A stretch of DNA of 64,000 bases from an uncultured Pseudanabaenaceae cyanobacterium. Its GTDB lineage: Bacteria > Cyanobacteriota > Cyanobacteriia > PCC-9006 > JAAUQQ01. Shown here piece by piece: positions 10,483 to 19,485 of this stretch. Numbering within the stretch: position 1 is the first letter of the stretch; the number at the start of each line of letters is the position of its first letter. The stretch is from assembly GCA_938017515.1 (NCBI GenBank), contig CALIJJ010000030.1, positions 6,360-70,359 on the forward strand, in the 5' to 3' direction. A program made the position numbers and the translations under genes. The notes beneath the pieces are model-generated. The model did no database searches and had not been told where the DNA came from. It saw nothing but the letters and a program-made list of their open reading frames with translations.

Positions 10483-13400
10483 CTAGGTCGTCACCATCAT
10501 GGCCTCTAGTTCTGCTAGCAACTCCTGCTCGTTGTAGGGTTTGGAAAAGTAGGCCGATGCGCCCAGGTTCATGGCTAAGTTGCGGTGTTTGTCGCCGCTG
10601 CGGGAGGTGAGCATGGCAACGGGGAGATGGGCGATCGCCGGATCGGCCTTGACATGAGCCAAAACGCCGTAGCCGTCCAGCCGGGGCATCTCGATGTCGC
10701 AAATAATCGCCTGGACTGAAATGTCACCGGCTAGCAGCTCAAGGGCCTGTTGACCATCCTTGGCCTGTTCTACGCGGTAGCCTGCTTTCTCTAGGGTTAG
10801 GGCCAGGAAGCGCCGTACATTGATGGAGTCATCGACCACCAAAATCGCTGGCTTACGGGCGGAGAGAGGCGCTGGGCGATCGCCGGGAATTTCTGGTGTT
10901 GAGTCAGCATCAGCCAGGTCGGCATGGGCCAGCAGGTCCAGCAGTTCGGGCACGCTGACCAAGGGAATAACGCGGCCATCACCCATGATGGTGCAGTTGC
11001 TGAACCCTGCGGGCATACCGATTTGACCTTCGATGCGGCGAACGGCCACTTCTTGTTCGCCCCAGGAACGCTCGATCTCTAGTCCCACAAGCTCGTTGTT
11101 GAGGGGGGCATTGTTGAGAGGGTCGTTGTTGAGGGGGTCATGGTTATCGCTTGGGCTGGGACGATTTCTCGGGCGCTCAACATTGACGACGAGTAGCGCC
11201 GGGGTCTCGATTTTAGGGTCAGCTTCTAGGCTGTAGGGAGGACGGGGGCAGTTGAACCGCAGCCAAGGCGATAGTTCAATGCGTTCTAGGGATTGACCAT
11301 TCCAGGTGAAGCAGGCGCTGTCCTGTTGGTGTTCGGGGAGCTGCTCAATCAGAATCACTTCAGCGACCCCCTCCGCTGGAATCGCCAGCAGCATGCCCTT
11401 GCATTCGACGACCAGAACGCGCAGCACGGCGAGGCTGAAGGGAACGGCAAGGGTAAAGAGAGTGCCCTGACCGGGTTGTGTATCCACCGAAATTTCTCCT
11501 CGGACGGGCTTGAGGCGCTCGCGCACTACATCCATGCCAACCCCGCGACCGGAGAGGTTCGTGACGCGATCGCTCGTGCTGAAACCTGGTTCAAAAATCA
11601 GCGAAAGCAGCTCCTGCTGACTGGCTTCTGCCAAGAGGGCTTCGTCAAGACCCAAGTTCGTGGCCTTGGCTCGTACCTTGTCTAAGTTGATGCCACGCCC
11701 ATCATCCTGAAATTCGATCAGGGTGCGGTTGCCGCGCTGGCGGGCTCGAATCGTGATGTTGCCCTCGGCGGGCTTGCCCACGGCTTGACGATCGTCAGGG
11801 GATTCGAGACCGTGGTCAAAGGCATTGCGCAGCAGGTGCATGAGCGGTTCTTGCAGCGCCTCCAGCACATTGCGATCGACCAGGGTTTCGCTGCCTTCTA
11901 GTTTGAGCTGAACCCGTTTGCCATGTTCCTGGCTCAGTTCTCGTAGTGCCCTGGGAAAGCGATTGAGTACGTCGGACAGGGGACGCATGCGCAGGTGCGT
12001 GAGCTGATTGCTGAGGTGCTTGGTGGTTTTGTTGAGATTGCGCAGCGTGATGTCGGCTTCTTCCAGGCTCAGGTCCACGTCCGTGGTGACCTCTTGCACC
12101 TGGACAATGGTTTCCATCACCGACTGAGATTGCAGGCTGAGGGTGTCGTATCGGTCCATTTCCAAACGATCAAATTCCAGATGATCCAAGGACGGATGAC
12201 CAAAGCCCGAGCCATTACCCGAGCCATTACCTAAGCCATGGCGTGATGGGAAAACGTTGCTGGCTCCAACCATGGCGGGCTGTTTCATACCAACCGCGAT
12301 TTCGTCATAGGAAGACCGTAGGGAGCGATTGCTCTGGTCCAAGACCTGAACCCGTTGCTTGAGCAATTGGGTAAGGCTTCGGAGGCGATCGCAATACAGG
12401 GCCAGTGCATTGCGTTCAATGGTGAGTTCTCCGAAGAGGTCATTGAGCTGATCGATACGTTTGAGGGAGACGCGCACCGTACGGTCAGCATCTTCGGCTT
12501 CGTGAGAAGGTGCGTTTGCTGAACGATGGGCTGCTGCACCCACGTCTGCTTCTGAGGGCAGTGGCTCTAGGTCCGTTGGTTTGAGTCTGGTGGGCTCCGC
12601 AACAAATTCTGACTGAAACTCGGGTGCTGAATGGGGCTGAACGGCCGCTTGGGATGCGGGAGTTGGGGACGGTTCAAGGGATTCAACGCTTGATTGGGGG
12701 AGAGCCGTGGGTGGCCTAACCGTGTTCCCTGCCGTCGGCAAGACAAGCTCCGTTGAAATTAAGTCGAGTTGCTGAGCTAGGACCAGGGCCTGGGCACGTC
12801 GCCAAGCGTTCAGGGCGGCTTCAGCGACGAGCCCAGCACCATGATGGTCGAGAGCCTCAATGACGGCTTCGCAGAGCTGACTAAAGGCCGAGAGCTGAAG
12901 CATCTCGCCCAGTCCACCGAGTTCGCCCGCGAGGGTAATGAGTTCGCTACGCAACTCAGTCTCCGGCGTTTGTTGGTTTAGAAGCCCTTCGAGCTGCTGA
13001 AGCACCCCTTCCACTTCGGAGCTGAACACAATATCCAGCAACGCCTGACCCCCGTCGTCCCCCCCAAGGACTGAGGCTGCCGTTTCTTCGTCAGCATCAC
13101 CGAGTTCGGTTCGCAGCTGATCAAAAAGCGGATGAGCTTGCTGGGTGAGCCATGTCTCGTCAGGCTGCTGGTCTTGGCGAGCCATCTGGATGACCCGCTG
13201 GAGGCAGTCCACCCCGGCCAGGAGTTGATTCTCTAGAGCAAAACTGATTTCCAAGGACTGGCGCTTGGTTTTGAGCACCTTGAAGGAGTCTTCCAACCGA
13301 TGGGCAAACTCGCTCAGGGTTTGGTAGCCCATCATCGCAGCTCCCCCCTTGATCGAATGGGAGGCGCGCATGGCTTCGTTGATCTTTTGCAAGTCAATAC

Positions 13401-13506
13401 GGCTGCCCGCCAGTCCTAGGACTGCCCCTTCCAATGCACCGAGGTACTCCTGGGCCTCGTCGAGAAACTGACGTTGAATTTCCTGTTCCCTTGGATCCTG
13501 TGCCAT
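10483..13506 (-). CDS. pixL: CheA-like hybrid histidine kinase with C-terminal receiver (PixL/TaxAY-type)
   Basis: N-terminal HPt domain (RASHSIKGGA), dimerisation region, HATPase_c (HLLRNAFDHG, DDGRGI, GRGVGMDVV), CheW-like domain and C-terminal REC (ILVVDDSINVRRF...CDIEMPRLDG...YFSKP). A tandem DPLNN repeat sits in the linker. Confidence 0.85.
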   Translation of the reverse strand: MAQDPREQEIQRQFLDEAQEYLGALEGAVLGLAGSRIDLQKINEAMRASHSIKGGAAMMGYQTLSEFAHRLEDSFKVLKTKRQSLEISFALENQLLAGVDCLQRVIQMARQDQQPDETWLTQQAHPLFDQLRTELGDADEETAASVLGGDDGGQALLDIVFSSEVEGVLQQLEGLLNQQTPETELRSELITLAGELGGLGEMLQLSAFSQLCEAVIEALDHHGAGLVAEAALNAWRRAQALVLAQQLDLISTELVLPTAGNTVRPPTALPQSSVESLEPSPTPASQAAVQPHSAPEFQSEFVAEPTRLKPTDLEPLPSEADVGAAAHRSANAPSHEAEDADRTVRVSLKRIDQLNDLFGELTIERNALALYCDRLRSLTQLLKQRVQVLDQSNRSLRSSYDEIAVGMKQPAMVGASNVFPSRHGLGNGSGNGSGFGHPSLDHLEFDRLEMDRYDTLSLQSQSVMETIVQVQEVTTDVDLSLEEADITLRNLNKTTKHLSNQLTHLRMRPLSDVLNRFPRALRELSQEHGKRVQLKLEGSETLVDRNVLEALQEPLMHLLRNAFDHGLESPDDRQAVGKPAEGNITIRARQRGNRTLIEFQDDGRGINLDKVRAKATNLGLDEALLAEASQQELLSLIFEPGFSTSDRVTNLSGRGVGMDVVRERLKPVRGEISVDTQPGQGTLFTLAVPFSLAVLRVLVVECKGMLLAIPAEGVAEVILIEQLPEHQQDSACFTWNGQSLERIELSPWLRFNCPRPPYSLEADPKIETPALLVVNVERPRNRPSPSDNHDPLNNDPLNNAPLNNELVGLEIERSWGEQEVAVRRIEGQIGMPAGFSNCTIMGDGRVIPLVSVPELLDLLAHADLADADSTPEIPGDRPAPLSARKPAILVVDDSINVRRFLALTLEKAGYRVEQAKDGQQALELLAGDISVQAIICDIEMPRLDGYGVLAHVKADPAIAHLPVAMLTSRSGDKHRNLAMNLGASAYFSKPYNEQELLAELEAMMVTT
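11095..11139. repeat. 15-bp tandem repeat (x3) encoding DPLNN/APLNN linker repeats within pixL
   Basis: gttgttgagggggtc-like units repeated three times, in frame. Confidence 0.7.
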
Positions 13507-13521
13507 AGCTTCACTCCTTCC

Positions 13522-16500
13522 CTAGACCACTTTGAACGTACCGACGGATTCCTGAAGCTGTTCGGTCACGCCCATGGTGTCCTGCAACGACTCGGAAACT
13601 TGGGTTGAAGCAGTCGAGGTTCGGTGGGCGATCGCCGACAGTTTCTTCATCAACTCTGTAATGGATTGGGAGGTATCAGCCTGGGAGACCGTTGCATCGG
13701 AGATCGAATTCACCAATGCGTCAATTTCCTGGGAAACCGATACGATTTGCCCCAGGTTTTGCTTGGCATCCTCGACGAGGTGTGTCCCTTCGACGACCTG
13801 AGTGGTGCCCAGCTCCATGGCCTGGACCACTTCGCTGGTTTCCCGCTGAATGGTTTCGACGATTTGCTCAATTTCTTTGGTCGCGGTGGCGGAGCGCGCC
13901 GCCAGTTCGCCCACCTCTTCGGCAACCACCGCAAAGCCCTGTCCCTGTTCGCCTGCTCGGGCCGCCTCAATGCCTGCGTTAATGGCAAGCAAGTTGGTCT
14001 GCATGGCGATTTGGTTAATCAGATAAACCACCTTCGAAATTTGCTGGGAGGATTCGCCCAAGCGTTTGACCTTCTTGGCGGTTTCGCCGATGGTTTCCCG
14101 CAGGGTCAAGATATTTTCGACCGTACGGTCCATGGACACGCCCCCCGCCACGGCCGTTTCTGCTGCGGTCTGACTGACGGCGGCGGTTTGTCGAGCGCTC
14201 GTGGCCACCGCCTGAATGGAGCGGGTCATGCCCTCAACGGAGTTGAGCGCTGCCGTAATCTCCTCGGACTGGCGTAGCGCTTCATGGGCCAGTTGGCGAA
14301 TTTCGCCGCCACTCTCACCCACGGATTGATTCACCTGGATGGCGGAGTCTTTCACCTGAGTGACGACTTGCCGCAGATTTTCCACGATGGAGTTGAAGAA
14401 GTCGGCCACGGTACCAATGGCTCCTTCGCTCACATTGGCCCGCACGGTCAGATCACCATCAGCCACATGTTCGACATCGCCCAGCAGCTCGATGAGCTGC
14501 ATTTGCAACGTTTCGTTTTGTTGTCGCTGGGTTTCGGACATTGCTTCTGCATCGATGCGAGCCTGCTCCTGGGCACGAGCCAGTGACGCCTGCTCCATGG
14601 CATAGCCTAATTGAATTGCAACTTGCTGGGCAAAGTTGACTTCATTCTCTTGCCATTCCCGTGGACTTTGGCACTGATGAATGCACAACAGGCCCAATAG
14701 TGTTTCGTTGACCAACACCGGAGCCACGAGATTTGCCTTAACTTCAAAGGGATCTAACTCCTGGCGATAGCAGTCTTCGAGTCCTGACGTTGCGATGTTG
14801 CTGATGACATGAACCCGTCCCTGGCGGTAGGGTTCCACATACTTTTCTGCAAAGCAAGGGTCGGCGACTTCTCGGCCGATGACCGATGACCAGCCCGGTA
14901 GCACGGATTCCGCTGCGATTTTGCCGCTGTAATCCTCGTCAAACTGATAGATGACCGCGCGGTCTGCATCTAGGGTTTCCCGGATGCCATCCACTGCGGC
15001 CTTGAAAATTTCTGCATCGTTGGGGGTCTCTCGCATGGCCACTGTGATGTTGGCCAACTGGCGTGCTTGGTGAGCTTGGGTTTCTTGGCGACGGGCTTCG
15101 TTGGCAAGCGATGTCTCGGATTCAACAATACTGTCCGCCATACCGTTGAACGTCATGGCAAGCTGACCCACTTCATCCACACTGTAGATGTTGGCGCGCT
15201 GGCTGCGATCGCCCTCGGCAAAGGCTTCCGTTGCACGCCCTAGATTGAGCAGTGGCTTGAGCACGGTTCGTCGGAACACAATCGCCCACAGGCCAATGAG
15301 ACCTGCGGAAATACCCAGCACAAGCAATTTTTGCATCAAACTCCGGTTCAGAAGTTCTGTGATGATGCGCTCGGGCGTACCGTGAACCAAAATGGCGTGG
15401 GTTGATGCCGGATCATAAATCGGAACATCGCGGCGAGTGTTGGAATAGTCGGTGTAGATACGAGAGGGCTCAGCCTGGACGGCCACGGTGTGCATCTGCC
15501 CATTAATCGCCATCCGTTCAATGAATGTTTTGCCGGGACTTGCGACGGCACGTTTCAGCAAGGCGTCGTTGTTGAGCTGAACATCACTCTTATAGAGGTT
15601 GATGTCTTGCCCCTCCTCAACTAGGATTCCCGATGACAACGTAAACTCGCCGTCCTCTGTATGTTGGTAAATCGCACTGTAGCCCTTTTTCAAGGATTGC
15701 AAAACGGCTCGTGCGATCGAAGGTTTTCCGTTGATGATGTCACCGAGGACCAGGGCACCAATGGTTTGCGTCGAATCCTGTGGGTCAAAAATAGGGGTTA
15801 CAACATAGCGAATGAGGATGTCCTCTGGGTCCATCCCTTCTGCGAGGGGAGCACCTTCCTGTTTGATTTCTGACCAAGGGACAATTTCGTTGGCTTTGAC
15901 CTGGCGTCCTTGCTGGAGGGTCAGGCTGACCAAACCGGCGGGATCAAAGGTTTCACCCGTGCGATCGCGATTGGCACTGGCGAGGATTTCGAGGTCTGTT
16001 CCAACCAGAGTTGCATACTCAATCTGACGGGCATTCACTTCATTGCGCAGAATCTGGGTGACGCGAATGGCGGCATCCGGTGCCATCGTTTCACCGTATT
16101 GGTCCGTCAGAGCAGCGTTCACCAAGGCCAAATTGTCTGACTGCCCCCGGGAACCAAACGCCATTTGGTTCACTTTGGTGCGGTACTCAATGTCAGTGAT
16201 CGCCACCTCCGAGCGAGCAAGCTCGACGAGCTGCTGACGGAGACTGCTGTTGAGAATCCAAATGGTGCCAATGCCCAAACCCACCAGGGGAATGAGTTCG
16301 GAAATGATCATCGCTAGGAGCTGTTTCCGACCAATGGGCAGATTCGTGAACCAGCGCTGTAAGGGAAAGCGTCGCGGTTTGATCGGCTTTTGGAGCGATC
16401 CCTCCTGCGGCTGCGGTGGAATTGCCTCGGGTTCCAGGGATGCCCTAGAGCGATTGCTCAAATCACCATGAGCCTGTTCCGAAGGAGCGGAGGACCGATC

Positions 16501-16560
16501 CATTGCTTCGGACTGAGGAGCTAGTGGCTTTTTCTTGGGTAACCCGTTGGTGAGTGTCAT
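13522..16560 (-). CDS. pixJ: methyl-accepting chemotaxis protein with periplasmic sensor, HAMP and cyanobacteriochrome-like GAF (PixJ-like)
   Basis: Two TM helices flank a periplasmic domain of about 300 aa, followed by HAMP and then a GAF domain. The GAF carries a DXCF-type motif ([10 protein letters not shown]) and a canonical-Cys region ([23 protein letters not shown]). A C-terminal MCP signalling domain follows ([37 protein letters not shown]). Confidence 0.85.
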   Translation of the reverse strand: MTLTNGLPKKKPLAPQSEAMDRSSAPSEQAHGDLSNRSRASLEPEAIPPQPQEGSLQKPIKPRRFPLQRWFTNLPIGRKQLLAMIISELIPLVGLGIGTIWILNSSLRQQLVELARSEVAITDIEYRTKVNQMAFGSRGQSDNLALVNAALTDQYGETMAPDAAIRVTQILRNEVNARQIEYATLVGTDLEILASANRDRTGETFDPAGLVSLTLQQGRQVKANEIVPWSEIKQEGAPLAEGMDPEDILIRYVVTPIFDPQDSTQTIGALVLGDIINGKPSIARAVLQSLKKGYSAIYQHTEDGEFTLSSGILVEEGQDINLYKSDVQLNNDALLKRAVASPGKTFIERMAINGQMHTVAVQAEPSRIYTDYSNTRRDVPIYDPASTHAILVHGTPERIITELLNRSLMQKLLVLGISAGLIGLWAIVFRRTVLKPLLNLGRATEAFAEGDRSQRANIYSVDEVGQLAMTFNGMADSIVESETSLANEARRQETQAHQARQLANITVAMRETPNDAEIFKAAVDGIRETLDADRAVIYQFDEDYSGKIAAESVLPGWSSVIGREVADPCFAEKYVEPYRQGRVHVISNIATSGLEDCYRQELDPFEVKANLVAPVLVNETLLGLLCIHQCQSPREWQENEVNFAQQVAIQLGYAMEQASLARAQEQARIDAEAMSETQRQQNETLQMQLIELLGDVEHVADGDLTVRANVSEGAIGTVADFFNSIVENLRQVVTQVKDSAIQVNQSVGESGGEIRQLAHEALRQSEEITAALNSVEGMTRSIQAVATSARQTAAVSQTAAETAVAGGVSMDRTVENILTLRETIGETAKKVKRLGESSQQISKVVYLINQIAMQTNLLAINAGIEAARAGEQGQGFAVVAEEVGELAARSATATKEIEQIVETIQRETSEVVQAMELGTTQVVEGTHLVEDAKQNLGQIVSVSQEIDALVNSISDATVSQADTSQSITELMKKLSAIAHRTSTASTQVSESLQDTMGVTEQLQESVGTFKVV

Positions 16561-16665
16561 TGGTTTTTCTAGCGTGGCGAATGGGCAAGGGCAGGGGAGG
16601 CGCGAAGTCAGGTGCGAGGGGAAGGAACAGTAAGGGGGACAGAAGACTCGGGAGAAAGCTGAGGA

Positions 16666-17232
16666 CTATTGCAAGCCAAGCGATCGCAACACCGGCGCTT
16701 GTAAAATGGCTGCCCCATCTAAAATTAGAGGGCTGGGCTCGCCTGCTTCTGTGGTGCGACTGCCCGCCACAAATGAGGTCAGCGGACTGGGCAAAGATGG
16801 GGGAGCGGATTGGGTTTCTTCCTCCCCCAGCCACTGCATGCTTTCGACCTGGTTGACCGCCAGACCCAGAGCCGCGGAACCCGAGCGTAGAATGATGACA
16901 CTGTGCTGCTGAGTGCTGGGTTCTAGGCGGGAGATTCCCAGTAGCTGAGCGAGGTCCACGAGCCAGAAAATACGATTGCCACGGTTCATTAATCCCAAGA
17001 CGCAGCTCGGCATATTGGGCATGGGGCTAAGCCGTTGAACGGACAGCGACAAAACCTCTTGAATGTCGCTCATCTGTATTAGGGCGGGAGCCGAGGGCTG
17101 CGATTCGGAGGCAGGTAGTTGGAACTGCAAGTAGCGTTCACCGGATTTTGTGCCACTTCGATTTTTGCTGCGATCGCTAAGGGAAGGCAGTGATTGAGTG
17201 ATCGATGGGGCATTAAGCTCGGCCTGGGCCAT
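16666..17232 (-). CDS. pixI: CheW-like coupling protein (PixI-like)
   Basis: 188 aa CheW fold pattern (VLSLSVQRLSP...VLGLMNRGNRIFWLVDLAQLLG). It lies between the MCP and CheY genes. Confidence 0.8.
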   Translation of the reverse strand: MAQAELNAPSITQSLPSLSDRSKNRSGTKSGERYLQFQLPASESQPSAPALIQMSDIQEVLSLSVQRLSPMPNMPSCVLGLMNRGNRIFWLVDLAQLLGISRLEPSTQQHSVIILRSGSAALGLAVNQVESMQWLGEEETQSAPPSLPSPLTSFVAGSRTTEAGEPSPLILDGAAILQAPVLRSLGLQ

Positions 17233-17310
17233 GGCAATAGCGTCCTGGGGAGATTGCGAAAAGGAGGATAGAAAATCCCTGGAGATAGTTTGAAAAAAAG
17301 CTGCTCCGCT

Positions 17311-17691
17311 TTAGCTCAGGATGGATTGAATGACCTGAACCAATTCATCTCGCGTAAAGGGCTTTGTGACGTAGGCCGCTGCGCCCTGTTTCATCGCCCA
17401 CAGGCGATCGATTGCCTCGCTCTTTGACGAACACACCACAATGGGAATGGTGGCTGTCTTCGGATCTCGTTTAAGGCTGCGACACAGCTCAAATCCGCTC
17501 ATGTCGGGCATCACAATGTCCGTCACAATGAGGTCGGGTAGATTCTCATTGATGCGATTTAGGGCATCCTTGGCACTAACGGCATTAAAAACAGAAAAGC
17601 CGCTTTCACGGAGATAGTGGCTAATAAGCTCCATCTCAGAGAGCGTATCTTCAACCACTAAAACGGTAGATTTTTTGACAACAGTATTCAT
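17311..17691 (-). CDS. pixH: CheY-like single-domain response regulator (PixH-like)
   Basis: 126 aa REC domain with LVVED...DLIVTDIVMPDMSG...YVTKP. Confidence 0.85.
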   Translation of the reverse strand: MNTVVKKSTVLVVEDTLSEMELISHYLRESGFSVFNAVSAKDALNRINENLPDLIVTDIVMPDMSGFELCRSLKRDPKTATIPIVVCSSKSEAIDRLWAMKQGAAAYVTKPFTRDELVQVIQSILS

Positions 17692-17814
17692 AAGCTTGTC
17701 TTCCCTGATGATTAAAAAATGAGCTGCATCTTTTCAATCTATAGAGGCCATAGAAGCCATAGAAATTGTTAGCAGCATCGTTGCCCTAGGCCATTGCGAT
17801 GGTGTCGAAACGGC

Positions 17815-19032
17815 CTAAACCGATAGATTGCGGAACACGATTTTGAGCAACTCTGAACGGTTGAAGGGTTTGGTGAGATAGCCTGATGCCCCGACCAGCT
17901 TTGCCCTTGCCCGATCCACAAAACCCGTATTGCCTGTCACCATGATGATGGGAACCGATTTGAACGCCGGATGGCGGCGCAATAATGAGCAGAGTTCATA
18001 GCCATCTAGGCTGGGCATTTCCACATCGAGCAGCACCAAGTCCGGTTTGCAGCGCACCACCTGCATCAGCGCTCGCACCGGGTCATTGATCATGAACACC
18101 GAGAAATCGTCCTCTTCCAGATAGCTATGAATGAGCTTCAGGATGCTGGGACTGTCGTCGACACAAACGACGCGATACCGCTTTGTCGAGGAGGCCGTTG
18201 CTGCTCCTGACCCATTCTGCTGGGGAGCAATTGTCCGGCCTGGCGACTGTGCCGGTGCTGGGGAGAAGGCACCGGGCTGGAACGGCAACGATGCAGGGGT
18301 AGAGGGGGAGGAAAGTGAGTCAGCCTTGAAGGGCTGTCCGGTGTTGAAATTCTGTGCAGGCTTGAACTTCTGGTCGGATTTGAAGTTCTGCTCAGGTTGG
18401 AAGGATTGAACCGAGGATGCCGATTGCTCTGCTTTGAAGGAAATCGGCGCAGAACCGCCGTTCAGTAGACCCAGGCGAGGCGCTTCGGCTGGGTCATCAA
18501 GTTCCCCGACATTTTGAATGATATTGCGTAGGTTTAGGCGACAAACGCTAAACCAGTCTTCCAACTGGGCTCGCTCCACAATGTCGTAGCTGCCTGTGGA
18601 GACAGAGAGCAGCGAACGAATGGATTCCTTCGCCAAATTTTCCACCAGGCCCGCCGCCTGAAGCGGTGTGAGGTACTGTTGCTCAAGCAACCACTGGATG
18701 GCCTGATAATCGGGACTCAGTGCCGAAGGCATGGGCTGACGTGTCTCGAAGAGCAGTCTGACCTGCACCCGTACCGCACTGACGAGGGAGGGCACCACGC
18801 GCCCCATGTGCCTGAGGTGGCGCTCTAGGCGATCGAAGGCAGCATCTGCTGCAGAGGCATAGACCAACTCGCCCTCTTCCAAATACAGCCGCCAGGATTT
18901 TGAGCCACTGTAGATCATGAGACAGCCATTTGTCTTTTGCCCGGACACTTGGGCCAGGAGCGTCAATGGATTAAATCTCAAGAAAGAGGGGTCGCTTTGG
19001 GCGTAAAGGCTCGCCATAATTCGATGCTCCAC
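17815..19032 (-). CDS. pixG: PatA-type response regulator (N-terminal PATAN domain + C-terminal REC; PixG/PilG-like)
   Basis: N-terminal PATAN-like domain, a low-complexity linker with QNFK repeats, and a C-terminal REC (VVCVDDSPSILKL...LDVEMPSLDG...YLTKP). It is the first gene of the operon. Confidence 0.8.
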   Translation of the reverse strand: MEHRIMASLYAQSDPSFLRFNPLTLLAQVSGQKTNGCLMIYSGSKSWRLYLEEGELVYASAADAAFDRLERHLRHMGRVVPSLVSAVRVQVRLLFETRQPMPSALSPDYQAIQWLLEQQYLTPLQAAGLVENLAKESIRSLLSVSTGSYDIVERAQLEDWFSVCRLNLRNIIQNVGELDDPAEAPRLGLLNGGSAPISFKAEQSASSVQSFQPEQNFKSDQKFKPAQNFNTGQPFKADSLSSPSTPASLPFQPGAFSPAPAQSPGRTIAPQQNGSGAATASSTKRYRVVCVDDSPSILKLIHSYLEEDDFSVFMINDPVRALMQVVRCKPDLVLLDVEMPSLDGYELCSLLRRHPAFKSVPIIMVTGNTGFVDRARAKLVGASGYLTKPFNRSELLKIVFRNLSV

Positions 19033-19302
19033 CTAGGACAAGGTCGTGGTTTTGCGAAACGCTGAAGAATGAAAAGTTAGAGTTAACTCAGGGGAAACTC
19101 GAATCGTTGCAGATTGTCTAGCCTTGGCCAGAACCACGGATACTCAACAATTTTGCTAGGGCTAAAAACCGCAAAATAAAAAGATATAGTCATCTGAAAC
19201 TCGTGAATCTCACCACGCTCTTGAGATGAATAATAAATAATTACTGATCTAAACCTATCATGTCGAACTCCCAGATAAACCCGTATTAAAATATTTTTTT
19301 TC

Positions 19303-19316
19303 GTCAATTAATTGAC
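19303..19316. promoter_or_regulatory. perfect 14-bp palindrome GTCAATTAATTGAC in the pixG upstream region
   Basis: Seen directly. It lies about 270 bp upstream of the pixG start, inside an AT-rich 450-bp intergenic region. Confidence 0.3.
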
Positions 19317-19485
19317 AATGAAAAGAACCCAGATGGATGTGTTGGAAGGACTTTTGAGTTTTTATCATGATTGATCAATGCCTTTGTAATTCTTTTGACG
19401 CTGTTTCTTTGAATTTGTATCACTAAAGACAGTTTTTGTTTGATTTCTGGGAGCTTGATGGCATTGAGAATATTGCTTGAGATCG

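Noticed and set aside
13624-14277. 217-aa plus-strand ORF (and many similar 60-200 aa ORFs) overlapping long minus-strand genes
   Set aside because: It lies antisense or out-of-frame inside well-supported genes (MCP, CheA, BcsA, BcsB, TPR and others). High GC and HIP1-rich sequence generate long spurious ORFs, and none has family motifs. The same applies to 591..992, 616..1008, 1905..2573, 25849..26421 and 59350..59985.
19083-19307. 74-aa ORF in the AT-rich pixG upstream region
   Set aside because: Low-complexity AT-rich translation with no RBS or context support. The region is better explained as a promoter.
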